Shown one piece after another: positions 1 to 14,013 of a stretch of 64,000 nt of DNA. The stretch lies in the NCBI GenBank assembly GCA_026770705.1, contig JANJGN010000014.1:77252001-77316000 (forward strand). The letters run 5' to 3'. The notes under the pieces are model-generated. The model searched no databases. It was not told the DNA's origin and saw only the letters and a program-made list of their open reading frames with translations. The position numbers were made by a program, and so were the translations under genes. Each line of letters begins with the position of its first letter. Within the stretch, counting starts at the first letter, position 1. Source of the stretch: Isurus oxyrinchus. Taxonomy: Eukaryota.

Positions 1-977
1 AACGGGTATTGTTCTGACTGAAGGGAAGCATGCGCTGGGGTCCCCCAAAGGTCAGTACTGGGACCATTGCTTTTCTTGTTATATACAAGTGATTTGGACT
101 TGGGGGGAGGAAGTACAATTTCAAAGTTTGCAAATGATACAAAACGTGACAATATAGTAAGTAGCGACCAGCATAGTAGCATACTACAGGAGAACATAGA
201 CCAGTGAAATGGGCTGACTCGAAGCAGATGTAATTTATTGTAGATAAGTGTGAAGTGAAACATTTTGGGGGGAACAACATGGAGAGGCACTATATTCGCA
301 ATGGTACTATTTTGAGAGGGGTTGCAAGAACAGAGGAACCTGTGACTGCATATTCGTAAATCTTTGAAGGTGGCGAAACAAGTTGGTAAGGCAGTATGGA
401 GTATTTGGCTTTGTAAATAGATTAACAATAAAGTTATGCTAAACCATTAGGTCTCCAGATTGAGTATTGTGCATAGTTCTGGGCACCACACTTTAGGAAG
501 GATGTCAAGACCCAGAAAGTGATACGGAGAAGGCTTACCAGGATGATACCAAGGAGGAAGAAGTTCGGTGATTTGGAGAAGCTGGGATTGTTCTCCTTGG
601 AATGGAGAAGGTTAAGGGGAGACATAATAGAGACATCCAAAATTATGAAGAGCTTTGATAGAGCAAGTAGGATGAAACTGTTTCCTTTGACAATTGGATT
701 GGTAACCAAAGGTCATAGATTTAAAATAATTGGCAAAAGAACTTGAGGGCAAATGAGAAATTTCTTCACCCAGTGTTGTTGAGACCTGGTCTCCCTGAAT
801 GTGTGATGGAATCAGATCCTATAGACATTTTGAAATGGTAATTTGGCATATACTTGAAGACTAATTTGCAGGAAAAGTCTGGTTATAGGACTAAATTGGA
901 CAGTTCTTTCAAAGAACCAGCACAAAACCAGATGGGCCGAATGGCTTCCTTCTGGCCTCTAAGATTCTATGATTCTG
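1..977 (+). mobile_element. CR1-clade LINE, decayed RT and 3' end
   Basis: Decayed GVPQGSVLGPLLF motif near 37-80; LGLFSLEWRRLRGD; 3' tail gatgggccgaatggc...gattctatgattct. Confidence 0.9.
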
Positions 978-1339
978 ACTAGAGAGAGACCAGAGTTCAG
1001 AGCCAAAGTGGGAACAAGACTGAGCGGATATTGACTTAATGCAGCTAATCAGGTAGTCTCCATCTTGAAGACAACCTCATGAGTTTCTTGCCCTTGTTAG
1101 GGTGAAGGGAATAGAGGAACCGAGTTGAATGTGATGGTTGGTAATAAAACTAGGAGTCTGGAGTCATTTTTACATGACAGAATATTACTAGACTGGATAG
1201 CCATTTTACCAGAGGGGAAAAAGGTCTTTTAGCGCTTAATGTGGTCAGACCAGATTGTCAATGGCTGGCTAAGCTAGCTTTGCACCATGTACACTTGCAT
1301 TTGTACCCCTTGGATTTAACTGAATAAAGTCGAAGGCTG

Positions 1340-2253
1340 TGTCATGGAAATATAATAATTTCCCTAATATTATTGTGATTTATTGTAAAAATGGATTAAT
1401 AGTGAGGTTTGGATTAGTTTCTGTGTATGTGTCTGGGGGAGGGGGGAGGGGATTTAATTGAATTGGAGACAGCTGGTCTGGAGGTTTATCAACAAGAAAC
1501 TAGATTTGAAATGCTAAATACATAAACATGGCCAAAGTTTTAGAATGTAAGGTGTGAGGAAAATTTGCATTTATAGATATATTAGGATAGTTTGAATTTC
1601 AAAGAGATGGTGAAATGTTACACTTAGCCAGAAGAAGCTAAGCCAAAACAGTGTGTTTATTTTTCCCAAAGGTTACTGATAATATGGACATTATGAAAAG
1701 ATCTATATTATGAAAAAAGTAAAATTGCAAAAACATATGGAAACAATGGAATTTACAATAAAAAGGGAGAAACATGTATAAAGAAGATGAGGCTGTGTGT
1801 CAGAGGGGGAAGGCATTCTAAGATCTAACACGTGTGAAAAGCCTCCAGCTTCTGTGCATCAAGTTGTTGACTATAGGATCCGAAGCTGAAAAAACTCACT
1901 TTGAATTCAACTGTCCAGGGGCATTGTGTGGCTTTGCCTGTGTCTGTTTAAATCTATTTGATTTTACTGTAGCTTTAGTGGGGGTGTAACTGGAAACCAG
2001 ATTAATTAGGGGTTTTAGGAGTTATTATATTGGTAATATGTAGACCTAGGTATGTGCTTGAAACCTCTTTTGTTAATAAATGTTTAATTTAGTTTTGTAA
2101 AAAATCTCTAAGTGTTGGTGGATTTATTACTACTGAATTCAAAGTATGCATCTCAAAATAAAATACAAATTGAAAAATTGTTGTGACCGCATAATCAAGT
2201 TTTCCCTTGTAGATTTGATCCACCAGGCACATATCATCTGCCACGTCATAAAA
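1340..2253 (+). mobile_element. Solo-LTR-like element
   Basis: Starts TGTCATGG, ends gtcataaaa (cf. -cataaca); AATAAA and 3' layout similar to the LTR at 14910-16084; no TSD found. Confidence 0.5.
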
Positions 2254-2732
2254 AACAGAGATGAAAAGCAGTAATAGTTTTGCAGAGTTAATGTCTTCAA
2301 AAGTGGAGAAAAGGGTGTGATTAAGCAAAACATCAGCTGCAGAAATATCGTGGGAAGTGGAGGACTGAAACTTCAGCAGTACAGAGTTTGGAAGTGTTGT
2401 TGTAAGCCACTAGAGAGAGATTTTTCCCCAGGCGAGGTTTGCAGGAAACGGAGCTTAAGGAGGACAGGGAGATATGGGTAATGAAGGACACAAGGAAGTG
2501 TTCAGAAGTGTCATTGTTGTTACTTACACCGTGGGATTGGAGAAGTCACGTGAGAAAGTGAGGTGATGGTGATGGCAATGAACGTAGGCAGGTAAGTTTA
2601 TATGGAAGGAGAGATCTAGGAAGGACACGAGAGCATGAATTTAAAGAAGAGAGGATAAGGACATTGAAATTACCGAGGATGATTGCCTTTTGCAGATGCT
2701 GAGGGAAGTGAAGACCACAAGAAACATCATAT

Positions 2733-3460
2733 TCAACAGCAATCTTACCTTTAATTTAGTAAAATATCTCAAGCACTTCACATGTGCTTTATCAGATATA
2801 AGTTGACACCGAACCACATGGGGAGATATTAGGATAAGTAAGCAAAAACTTTGTCAAAGAGATAAGTTGGAAGAAGCACCTTAAGGTAGGAGAGAGAGCG
2901 AGACACAAATGTTTAGAGCATGAATTCCGGAGCTTAGAGCCAAGACAGCTGAATGCACAGCTGCCAACGGAAGGGCAAAAATAATTGGGGATGCACAAGC
3001 AGCCAGAATTAGAGGAGCACAGAGATCTAGGGGAGTTGCAGATCTAGAGGAGATTGCAGAGATAAGGAAGGGCAAGGCCAGAAAGGTATTTGAACACAAG
3101 GATGAGAACTTTAAAGTTGGGGTTTTGCTTGTCCAGCATCCAATGTAGGTCAGGGAGTGCAAGGTTAATACATGAATGGCACCATTTGAAATAGTATATG
3201 GCAGACCTTTGAATGAACTGAAGTTTATGCAGGGCGGAAGATGGATGGCCGACCAGGAGAGCAATGGAAAAGTCAAGTCTGGAGGTAACAAAATCATGGA
3301 TGCGAGTTTCAGCAGCAGAAGGGCTGAGGCAGGGGTGTTGATGGACGATCTGATGGTAGAAGTAGGGTCTTGGTGAGGGAGAGGATATGGTTGACTCAGC
3401 TCAGCTCAAGGTCATCCAGAATGCCAAAGTTGCATTCAGTTTAGTTCAGCCTGAGACAGA
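2733..3460 (-). mobile_element. L2-clade LINE 3' fragment
   Basis: Frameshifted L2 C-terminus (LHWLPV/FKILIL-like region) and the same tail as 7318-7900 and 30478-32305. Confidence 0.75.
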
Positions 3461-4165
3461 TTAAAAGCATGACAGCAGCTATTATAGTGGCAACTATCTT
3501 GCAAATCAATGGAAGGCAGATGTTAGCATGGATATGTACTTAATTCATGCCCAGCACTGTTGCATTGACCAGTCAGTAGCACTGATGGCACAAAGATGCA
3601 TGGAGTGGATGCCAGTTGCGCTCCAGCTGGTGGTCCCATCCAGCAATCCAGAATGTCACCCAAAGGCTGAGGCAGTCAGGATGAGGGTGCCACTCCTCCA
3701 TGGGCATCTATGACTAAGGGTGCATCTGTGCAGCTGAGCCTGGTGCAGCAGCCTCTGGAAGTGCCCCTGCTGACACCTCCATGGTAAGGATAACCGCCAT
3801 GTGCACCTCAGCTGCAAGCAGAGGCACATGAGCAGGCTGCCTCTACCTCATCCGAGACCATAAGGGAAGCACTGCATGAAGTGGCCAAGAGCAAAGGCAA
3901 TGATTATTGAGTCCCTCAGTGTTTCCTGATTAGCGTTTTGTCATTTTCAAGCTACTGAAATTTGTAATTTTACTTAATGCTCTCACCCTTATTACCCATA
4001 CCTTCATGCCTAAGCTCTTTCTGTACCAACAGCACACATCAAAAAATAACTTGTTCTTACTTATGATATTGTGTCTGGTATATTTTCCTAGAATAATGGT
4101 TAAATGTATTTATATATTGTACTATACTGACTATTTTCATCTCTTCTATTTTTAAACTGTGACAG

Positions 4166-4273
4166 ACCATGTGTAATTCAGATAAATCCTGGGAAGTATT
4201 ACTTAGCCACATAATCTGTGAACTGTCAAAAGGAAAGCTCTACCGTGCAAGTGACACAGATCAAGTATCGATG
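4166..4273 (+). CDS. UBR3: UBR3 internal coding exon (first in window)
   Basis: gacag| acceptor and |gtatgt donor; 108 nt, phase 0/0; encodes TMCNSDKSWEVLLSHIICELSKGKLYRASDTDQVSM, resembling the recalled vertebrate UBR3 segment (..SWEVLLSHIISEL.KGKLY..); not in the ORF track. Confidence 0.88.
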
Positions 4274-4721
4274 GTATGTACATAAAGATAAATATATTCT
4301 GTGAACTTGCTACATTTGACATCCTAAAGTAAATTTTGATGAAGACCCTTCAGTCTATTTCCTTCCAAAATATTAAATGCATTATCTTGCTATTATCTTT
4401 TCCTGTAAATGAAACAGAAGGTTGAGTTTTATCATGAAATCTGTGGAGCATAGCTTTGGACCACCATATTGAAGCTGCTTAGTGCACTCCTGGTCATGGG
4501 GACAAAGAAAACATTCAAACCTTAGAAGCAGTATAGATAAGAACCAAAAGACCGATCTCTAGTGTCAGATAACATGGCTATGAGGAAAACGTAAATAACC
4601 CCCATTACGCAGCCTTAGAAAGAGGTGAATGAGGCAGGACATTATCAAGGTTTTTAAATGGAATAGAAATGGTTAATCCTATGCATAGAAGTTAAACTGA
4701 CTGTCTCTTATATTACACAAA

Positions 4722-5371
4722 GGGCAGGATTTTTACCTTGTCAGGTAGGCCTGGGAGTTGCCGCAAAGCCGACTGCCACCCGCAGTTGTGCCCAGACATT
4801 GATTTCACGCTGGCTGGCCAATTAACGGCCAGCAAGCATGAAATAGGCGCTGCAACGCTGAGCGCTGCAGGGGTGGGGCGGGAGGAGGGCGAGTGCAGGT
4901 GCGCTTAAAGAAAGCTCCCTGAGGCACAGAGCTGCCTCAGGGAGCTGAAGATTTTTAAAATAAAAATAAAGGATTTACAAATGTTAAAAACATGTCCCCT
5001 CATGTGACTGTCACATGAGCAGGGACATGTTATAAATTATATTTCAAAATTTTTATTTTATTTTTAATTCCTGTTGGAAACTTCATCCCGCCCGTGGATG
5101 AGGTTTCATAAAAAATCCAAAGGCCGCTTGGCCTTTTCACCTGCCTGCCAATTGTAAGGTTGGACAGGCAGTGAAAAATTGCATTCAATTAATATTTTAA
5201 TGGCCTTAACAGGCCTGTCAATTGTCGGCGGTGTGCTACAGACTCCCGCACACGCCCACCAACCAAAATAGTGTGTGATAACTTCAGGGCACTAGCCTTG
5301 TGTCATCATGCATCATTTTACGCCCAAGCAGGTTGGACACATGCCTGCCTGCTCAGCGTAAAATTCAGCCC
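4722..5371. mobile_element. PIF/Harbinger-like MITE, copy 1
   Basis: TIRs GGGCAGGATTTT / AAAATTCAGCCC; internal hairpins; homologous to 5943, 20577 and 48430; sits within a decayed CR1 3' fragment (~4430-5520). Confidence 0.8.
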
Positions 5372-5942
5372 AAAAATACAATCAGTAAAGGGCAAGTTTA
5401 GGACTGATGTCAGGAAGTCTTCACTTTTATAAAGAATGACCAAAACCTGGAATAGTAATCCAACAAGGATAATAAAGGTGGCTAAATGCTGTGGTGGCAG
5501 ATTGAATGGAGGATATATTTCTGTGGAAAGATGAATGAAATGAATCATGGTTTCCACAGCTGTATGTAGCATTGTGATGCAAGTTCTGTATCTTGCCTCA
5601 ACAAACCTTTCTGGCATGCAGGTGCCACCATTCCACCTGTCAATCGCGCAAGCTCTGTAGAGAAAAAAATACTTTTTAGCATTTGTCTTTCATTGTTGTG
5701 AAACCATGCCCTCTTGCTGCCTTGATGTATCTTTTTCAGATTGACTTTACCCAGTGCCACTGTAAGGTCCCCTCTAAGGTGTTGCTTTACATACTTGAAG
5801 AATCCTAGCTATTCACGTTGTTCTTCTTAGGTTTCAGAAGGAAAACCTTTCTCCGCAATTTCAACTTTCTTTTTGATCACATTCCACCCAAAAAATGATA
5901 TACAGTTGCATTAAAAATTAGTGATTAAAAATTAGATATACA

Positions 5943-6511
5943 GGGCAGAATTTTGCCGTTGGCGAGCAGGGGACAGGGCCTGCCAGCCGACACGTAAAAT
6001 GACGCGGGATGACATCGGGCAGAACTCCAGATGTCATCCCGCCCTATTTAAATTTTCAGGAAGGAGAGGGTGCAGCAAAATCAGCTGCGGGCCCGCCGAA
6101 CTGTCAATGGCCAGTTGAGGTCATTGACATGATCATTTAACCAATTAAAGGACCTGCCCATCCAACCTTAAGGTTGGCCGGCAGGCCAGGAGCCCCGGTG
6201 GCAAATAGAGATAACATGAAATCTCGTCCAGTGGCGGGATGAGGTTTCATGCAGGGTTTTAAAAATTTTAATAAAGTTATTCTTTAAATTATGAACATGT
6301 CACATGAGGGGGACATGTTAGGGACTTTTTTTTTCTATTTTTAATATTTTTCAAAGTCCAGGCGATCTCCCTGAGGCTGCACTTAGCCTCAGGGAGATGT
6401 GAGCTCTTTCGTGCGCATGGCAGTGCAGCCCACTTCGCTGGCAGGGATCGGCTCCACGCTGGTCGGAGATTAGGTGGTGCCCACCCGCCCAACAGGCAGA
6501 AAATTCTGCCC
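5943..6511. mobile_element. PIF/Harbinger-like MITE, copy 2 (opposite orientation)
   Basis: TIRs GGGCAGAATTTT / AAAATTCTGCCC; reverse complement of 20577-21251. Confidence 0.85.
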
Positions 6512-7317
6512 ATAGTTGCTATGATAGTTTCTCACAGCATTATTAATATCTATTCGTAACAAAAAAAATTGTCACCTGATAACATGTATATTTGAAAACT
6601 ACCTCACCCATAAATTTAGCTGCAATAACTTCTCTCTTTTTCTCCCTCCCGCCAACCCTCCCCCCAATAAATGCGCACACCTTACGTGCACACACTCCGT
6701 GCACCCACACATGCAGACCTAGTCTCTAAACTTGCTACACTAAAGCTACATCCTCCAGTTGCATAATTTGATCTTCCTCAGATCAAATTTTGTATTAAAT
6801 TTATCCATCTGTGTCATCGTCTATTATTTTTCCACTAAGTTTCTCTTGCAATCATAAAACTGCGCCACAAACTAATGGACTGAAACTTTGGGGATGTATG
6901 ATGGGTGAAACAGTTTCACACCCAGCGCATCTCGGGTTCTGCCAAGAGCAAAATGGAGTGAACGTATTTTAGCTCAACATACGTGAAACATAAGACACCC
7001 TCAAACTCATAATGAACAAGCCCATAGCCATATTACATAACATTGCTCAACTGCACATAATGCTCCTGTATATTTTTATTATACCATTTATTATCTGTTA
7101 TTTACATTATGACTGTTGAATCTGTGCATTAATTTTCCTATTCCAGATTAGATAAGTCTGTTTTTTCTCCTTTGTAAAACTTGCTTTGAATATTTTCTAG
7201 CATAATAGGATCATTAAATGAAGATATTGCTTTCCAATTTCAATTTTTCCCCTAGTGTATTCTAACAAAAACTATCCACTCATATTGCAGCAAAATTTTT
7301 AACAGTGGTAGTTTTAA

Positions 7318-7900
7318 ATCAACAACCTTTTGCATTTATATAGCACCATTAATATAGTAAAACATCCCAAAAGTGCTTCGCAGGAGCATAATCAGATAAA
7401 ATTTGACACGGTGCCACATAAGGAGATATTAGGATAGGTGACCAAAAGCTTGGTTAAAGAGGTAGACTTTTTTAAAGATGGTTTTAAAAGAGGATAGAGA
7501 GGTAGGGAGAGAATTCCATTGCTTAGCACCTAGACAGCTGAAAGCATGGCCACCATTGGTGGGGCAGAAGAAATTGGTCAGAGTTGGAGGAATGTCAAGT
7601 TCTCTTCGGAGGGCTGGAGCCCATTACAGAGATGATGAAGTTAAAGGCCATGAAGGGATTTTGGATATGGATAAGAATGTTCAAACCAAGCATACCCAGA
7701 CAGTGAGCCAAAATAAGTCAGCAAGCACAAGAGTAATGGGTAAACAAGTGTGAGTTAGGATAGGTGCAGTAAAGCTTTGGATGAGTTCAAGTTTATGTAG
7801 GGTGGAGAATGGGAGGCCATCCAGGAAAGCATTGGAGTAGGTAATTCTGGAGGCCTTCAGCAGCATATGGGCTGAGGCAAGAATGAAGACAGAAGTTATG
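7318..7900 (-). mobile_element. L2-clade LINE 3' fragment
   Basis: SRITYSNAFLDGLPFSTLHKLELIQS motif in the minus-strand ORF, plus L2 tail. Confidence 0.8.
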
Positions 7901-8652
7901 GATGATATTTGCATTATTTTGTTGAATGAATTTATTAGAAAGAGTTAATGTACCTGCTGAAGAGAAATAAAAGTAAGGTGCAATACATTTGAGTCTGAGA
8001 GTAGCCAGTATTCGTGATTTAGTTCCTTTTGAGGGTTGCAATAAATACTTGTACAACATGTAGACTCTAAATACATCAACATTATCTCAGGTACAGGAAA
8101 CACAGCATCTTTTTCATGAAATAAGATAACATTAACCCAGTCACAATTTAAATTCAAGGTACCAACGGTTTCTAACAGCTGCACCCAGCAAGTAAGAATA
8201 ACAAATGACTCAACTGTATAATAAATTACAGCCTGCTGCACTAGTAAATGATTTGCAGGTGGCATAGAAAATAAATATAAAGCCATAAACTTAAAAGAAT
8301 TAAGCTTAGTACAAAGAGAGAGAATCTGATGAATATTTTTTGAGTATGTTAATTTTTTTGTTGGTAATAGTTGACAATTTGAATATGTTAGCCTGTGCTA
8401 TAAGTTGGGAACTCAAACAGAGTAGGACTTTTAAAATATCAAATAATATGGAGTACACGAATTATAGTTGAATACTTCGTCTTATGTTTCATACATGAAG
8501 GCTGCTATAAAATTTGTGTTGTCGAAATAGAAAACTAGTGTTCATTTTTTAAAAATCTTTAGCAAGCATAAAATTCTGTCAATTATTTTTTAAAATGACC
8601 TAAAAATTGCTTGCTTTCTTTAAGAGTTTGTGTTTTCTTTTTAACTCATCAG

Positions 8653-8778
8653 CTTAGTACCAGTGCCTGGTCTCCTCAGTCCATTGAATACAGTATCCAG
8701 CAGTTCTGTCTGCCTTTCCTCAGGACTACAAGCCTTCTTCAACACCACCTGTTTGGTGATGATCTTCCCAGTTGTCAG
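8653..8778 (+). CDS. UBR3: UBR3 coding exon
   Basis: catcag| and |gtatct; 126 nt, phase 0/0; LSTSAWSPQSIEYSIQQFCLPFLRTTSLLQHHLFGDDLPSCQ matches the UBR3 motif FCLPFLR.TSLLQHHLFG.DLPSCQ. Confidence 0.95.
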
Positions 8779-9153
8779 GTATCTCAGCCACACTTCTAAT
8801 TAGCATAAATGTGATATACTATTTCATTAACCAACCTTAACTTTAAAAAATAGACAAATGTATTGTGTTAAATACAATCTGGCAATAAGATTCTTTAAAA
8901 ATACCGTCTCATTGATTATTTGCCATATTCATTTATTTTTCATTTAATATTATGTTTCTACAAAGGAACGAATGGAATAAGTTTAATTCTATGCTTTCGG
9001 ATGGCTTTGTTGGTAAAAACAACCATTAATCAAGCAATGGAGTCGAGAAAGTTGTTAAGTCAGTTCCCATTCTGTGCCAAATTAGTTAGGCCTGGAATAT
9101 TTTCCATGGGCACAACCAGAACATAAGTCTACAAATGCATCTATTCCCATGTC

Positions 9154-12100
9154 TATCATGCCGGTAGAAAGTTACATTCAAATTTCTTGCAAATCTCATT
9201 ACACCACAGAAAAATTTAAAATGTGTGGGAACCAGCATAAACAATCAGGGTCAAGGCAAATGGAGAATGGGCAACCGTGATGGAATCTGTGGTTTCAAAG
9301 CTTATAATTTTTTGAGATAGACTCTAAATGAAAGGGAAACTGAGAAAGGAAATTGACCCTTGCAATTGCTAAGGAAACTAAGACTGAAACCGAGATCGGA
9401 AACCAATACTTATGGGGAGAGTGAAATTGTATAAAAAGGACACAGAGCCATCAGCGCTCAGATGTTGATCGCAGTGTGCTGTACAGGCAGACTGAAGAAG
9501 ACAGGCTGGATCCAGAAGTTGGGAATAAGCAAATATAAAGTTCCTACAGCTATTTCTGTTACATAAAGAAAACATTGATGGATCTATGCCATCTAGACTA
9601 TCCTAATCAGAGTTGAAGAGGTTTTGCAGACATGTGCCATTTTTATGAAGACCATGCCTATGGAACATGGGTTGGCTGTGCGCTGCTGTTGGCTGACAAT
9701 CAGGGTAAATCTTAGAAAAGGAGCTGAAATTCTTTGTGAGGAAGACAGAATTTTGAAGGACTTTTAAAACTGAGATTGATGATATATATGCTGAGTGGAC
9801 TGCCAAGCCAATTTGTAAGATCTGTCTGTCTTAGTTGTATCTGCCATTTAATGTGTAATCTATAGTTTAAAATTGACTGCAGTTAGCCTGTTAATTCATG
9901 TTTAACTTATGTTGATATTCTAATCACCTATACTCTACGTTAGAATATGGGTGGTTACTCAAGATGTAGTGTTTGCTTCGTTTGTCTCTTGTATAGTAAA
10001 ATTTCTTTTGTCTTACACCGTGAAATCACAGAATCTCACAGTGCGGAAGAGGCCCTTTGGCCCATGGAGTCTGTACCAACACGTGAGAAACACCTGACCT
10101 ACCAACCTAATCCCATTTACCAGCACTTGGCCCATAGCCTTGAATGTTATGACGTGCCAAGTGTTCACCCAGGTACTTCTTAAAGGATGTGAGGCACCCT
10201 GGCTCCACCACCCTCCCAGGCAGCGCATTCCAAACCGTCACCACCCTCTGGGTAAAAAAGTTTTTCCTCACATCCCCCTTAAACCTCGTGCCCCTCCTGC
10301 TCCTCACCTTGAACTTGTGTCCCCTCGTGACTGATCCTTCAACTAAAGGGAACAGCTGCTCCCTATCTATCCTGTCCATGCCCCTCATATTCTTTACCCC
10401 TCAATCAGGTCGCCCCCTCAGTCTTCTCTGCTCCAACGAAAACCACCCAAGTCTATCCAATCTCTCTTCATAACTTAAATGTTTCATCCCAGGCAACATC
10501 CTGGTGAATCTCCTCTGCATCCCCTCCAGTGCAATCACATCCTTCCTATAATGTGGTGACCAGAACTGCACACAGTCCTCCAGCTGTGGCCTCACCCAGG
10601 TTGTAGACAACTCCAACATGACCTCCGTACTTTTGTAATCTATGCCTCGATTGACATAGGCAAGTGTCCTATATGTCTTTTTCACCACCCCACTAACATG
10701 CCCCTCTGCCTTCACAGATCTATGGACACACACGCCAAGGTCCCGTTGTTCCTCAGAACTTCCTAGTGCCATGCCATTCATTGAATACTTCCTTGTCAAA
10801 TTACTCCTTCCAAAGTATATCACCTCACACTTTTCAGAGTTAAATTCCATCTGTCACTTATCTGCCCATTTACCATCCCATCTATATCTTCCTGTAGCCC
10901 AAGACACTCAACCTCACTGTTAACCACCCGGCCAATCTTTGTCATCCACAAACTTACTAATCCTATGCCCCACATAGTCATCTATGTTGTTTATATAAAT
11001 GACGAATAATAGGGGACCCAGCACAGATCCCTGTGGTACACCACTGGACATGGGCTTCCAATCACTAAAGCAGCCTTCTGTCATCACCCTCTGTCTCCTA
11101 CAACTAAGCCAATTTTGAATCCACCTTATCAAATTACCCTGTATCCCATGTGCATTTGCCTTCTTTATAAGTCTCCCATGTGGGACCTTGTCAAAGGCTT
11201 TGCTGAAATCCATATAATCTACATCAACTGCACTACCCTCATCTACACACCTGGTCACCTCCTCAAAAAATTCAAATTTATTAGGCATGACGTCCCTCTG
11301 ACAAAGCCATGCTGACTATCCCTGATCAAACCTTGCCTCTCCAAGTGGAGATAGATTCACTCCTTCAGAATTTTCTCCAGTAGTTTCCCTACCACTGACG
11401 TGAGACTCACTGGTCTGTAGTTCCCTGGCTTACCTCTACAACCCTTATTAAATAGTGGAACCACATTAGCTGTTCTCCAGTCCTCTGGCACCTCCCGTGG
11501 CCAGAGAGGAATTAAAAATTTGGGTCAGAGCCCCTGTGATCTCCTCTCTCACCTCCCTCAGCAGTCTGGGACACAAATCATCCGGACCTGGAGATTTGTC
11601 CACTTTTATGCCTGCCAACACCTCCAATCCTTGTCACTCCCTATATCAATTTGCTCAAGAGCCTTGCAGTCCCTCTCCCCAAGTTCCATACCTTCATCCT
11701 CATTCTCTTGGGTGAAGACGAATGCGAAGTATTCATTCAGCACTGTACCGATGTCCTCTGGCTCCACCCATAGATTGCCCCCTTGGTCCCTAATGGGCCG
11801 TACTCTTTCCCTGGTCATCCTCTTCCCATTGATATACTTATAGAATATCTTGGGATTTTTCCTACTTTTACCAGCCAGAGCTTTCTCATATCCCCTCTTT
11901 GCTCTCCTAATTGCTTTCTTAAGCTCCACCCTGCACTTTCTGTACTCCGCTAATGCCTCCGCTGATTTGCTCCCCTTGTACCTATTAAAAGCTTCTCTTT
12001 TCCTTCTCATTGTATCCTGAATATCTCTGGTCATCCATGGTTCTCTGGGCTTGTTATTCCTTCCTATCACCCTAGAGGGAACGTGTTGAGCCTGTACCCT

Positions 12101-14013
12101 CCCCATTTCCTTTTTGAATACCCCCCACTGCTCTTCTGTAGATTTCCCCACAAGTAGTTGTTCCCAGTCTACCTTGGCCAGATCCTGCCTTATTTTACTA
12201 AAATCCGCTCCCCCCCAATCCAAAACATTTTTTTGCAACTTGTCTTTTTCTTTGTCCATAACAAGCTTAAATTGTACCATGTTGCGGTCTCTATCACTAA
12301 AATGCTCCCCCACCACCACCTCAGCCACCTGTCCGGCTTCATTCCTCAGAATTAGGTCCAGCACTGCACCGTCCCTTGTTGGACCCTCTACATATTGACT
12401 TAAAATGTTCTCACGTACTCATTTCAAGAAATCCACTCCATCCAAGCCCTTAACACTATGTCTATCCCAATTAATGTTGGGAAAGTTGAAATCACCTAAT
12501 ATAATTACCCTATTGTTATTGTTTTTACACACCTCCACAAATTGTGCACATATTTGCTCCTCAATTTCCCGCTGACCATCTGGGGGTCTATAATAAACAC
12601 CTAACAATGTGGGTGCTCCTTTTTTATTCCTAAGCTCTATCCACAAAGCTTCATTCGATGCCCCCTCCAAGATATCATCTCTCCTTACTGACTCCTTAAC
12701 TAATAATGCAACGCCTCCTCCTCTTTTACCCCTTCCCCTGTCTCACCTAAGATTCTATATCCCGGAATGTGGAGCTGCTGATCCTGCTCCTCCCTCAACC
12801 ACGTCTCAGTGATGGCTACTATATCACATTTCCACTTGTCAATCCTCATCCTTAACTCATCCATTTTACCTGTAATACTGCTGGCATTAAAGTAGAGGCC
12901 ATCCAGCCTTGCTTTACTCTCTTGAAACTTAATGCAGCTGTACTTCCTCTGACTTGATTGTTTTACTGTATTATGATGTGTCCCTATTCTGCTAACATTC
13001 TGTGTCCCCTCCCCCTGCCGAATTAGTTTAAGCTCCTCCCAACAGCACTAGCAAACCCACCCGCAAGGATGTTAATCCCGCTCTGGTTCAGATGTAGACC
13101 ATCCCACTTGTACAGGTCCCACCTTCCCCAGAAACGGTCCCAGTGATCCAGGAATCTAAAACCCTCCTGCACCAACTCTTAAGCCACGTATTCATCTGCA
13201 CTATTCCCCTCTTTTTGCGCTCGCTAGCATGTGGCATTGGGAGTAATCCAGAGATTACAACCCGAGAGGTCCTGCTTTCTAGTTTATTGCCTAACTCCCT
13301 GAATTCTTGATGCAAGACCTCATCCTTCTTTCTACCTACATCATTGGTATCAACGTGTACCATGACCTCTGCCTTATCGCCCTCCCCCTTCAGGATGCCC
13401 TACAGCCGTTCAGTGACATCCCGGACCCTGGCACCAGGGAGGCAACACACCACCCTGGAGTCATGTTGACGGTCACAGTGGCGCCTATCTGTTACCCTGA
13501 CTATAGAATCCCCTATTAGTATTGTTTTTCCTCTCTTCCTCCCCTCATGTACAGACAGGCTGCTTGTGGTGCCAGAAGCTTGGCTCTGTCTGCACTCCCT
13601 GGAGGAACCAGCACCCTCTTCAGCCTGCAAAATGCAATACCAATTTGCAAGCGGGACCCCAGGGGACTCCCGAACTACCTGCCTGTTTCTTTTGGACTGC
13701 CTGGTCCAAGACCTTAAACTATAAGCAATAAAAGTAGTAAATACTTACCGACCTTACCCACTATTTACCAGTCATTTCTCTGCCTTGTAGCCTCTACTGC
13801 TGCAGCAGGGCAGGACCACTCTCAGTTCAATTCCCACTGTGCACCAAATTGCCAATACCCACACTCACACTGGCTGTGTCTCACTCAGGATGAGGTCTTT
13901 ACCCTGCTCGTGTGCAAGCACAGAATCTCGTGGCTTCACTCTTTCAGTAAATAACTGGGATTTCAGATTCCTTTTTTTAAAAAAAATTACCGGTTTTGAC
14001 AGAGATCATAATA
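9154..14013 (+). mobile_element. Solo LTR split by a CR1 insertion (parts 9154-10026 and 13919-14013)
   Basis: The rejoined halves (..cttacaccgtgaaatc|tcgtggcttcactc..gagatcataata) align with the reverse complement of the LTR starting at 41373. Confidence 0.6.
10027..13918 (-). mobile_element. Near full-length CR1 LINE (5'UTR, partial ORF1 esterase, APE-RT ORF2), frameshifted
   Basis: ORF1 ILIGDSIVR..CCLPGARVRDV..HVDTND (SGNH esterase); APE GVYYRPP and ILGDFNFP; RT DFSKAFDKVPH and GVPQGSVLGP; 11-bp flanking repeat CACAGAATCTC at 10027-10037 and 13919-13929. Confidence 0.95.

Noticed and set aside
11606-12364. 252-aa ORF as a host gene
   Set aside because: It is the APE-RT linker of the frameshifted CR1 ORF2.
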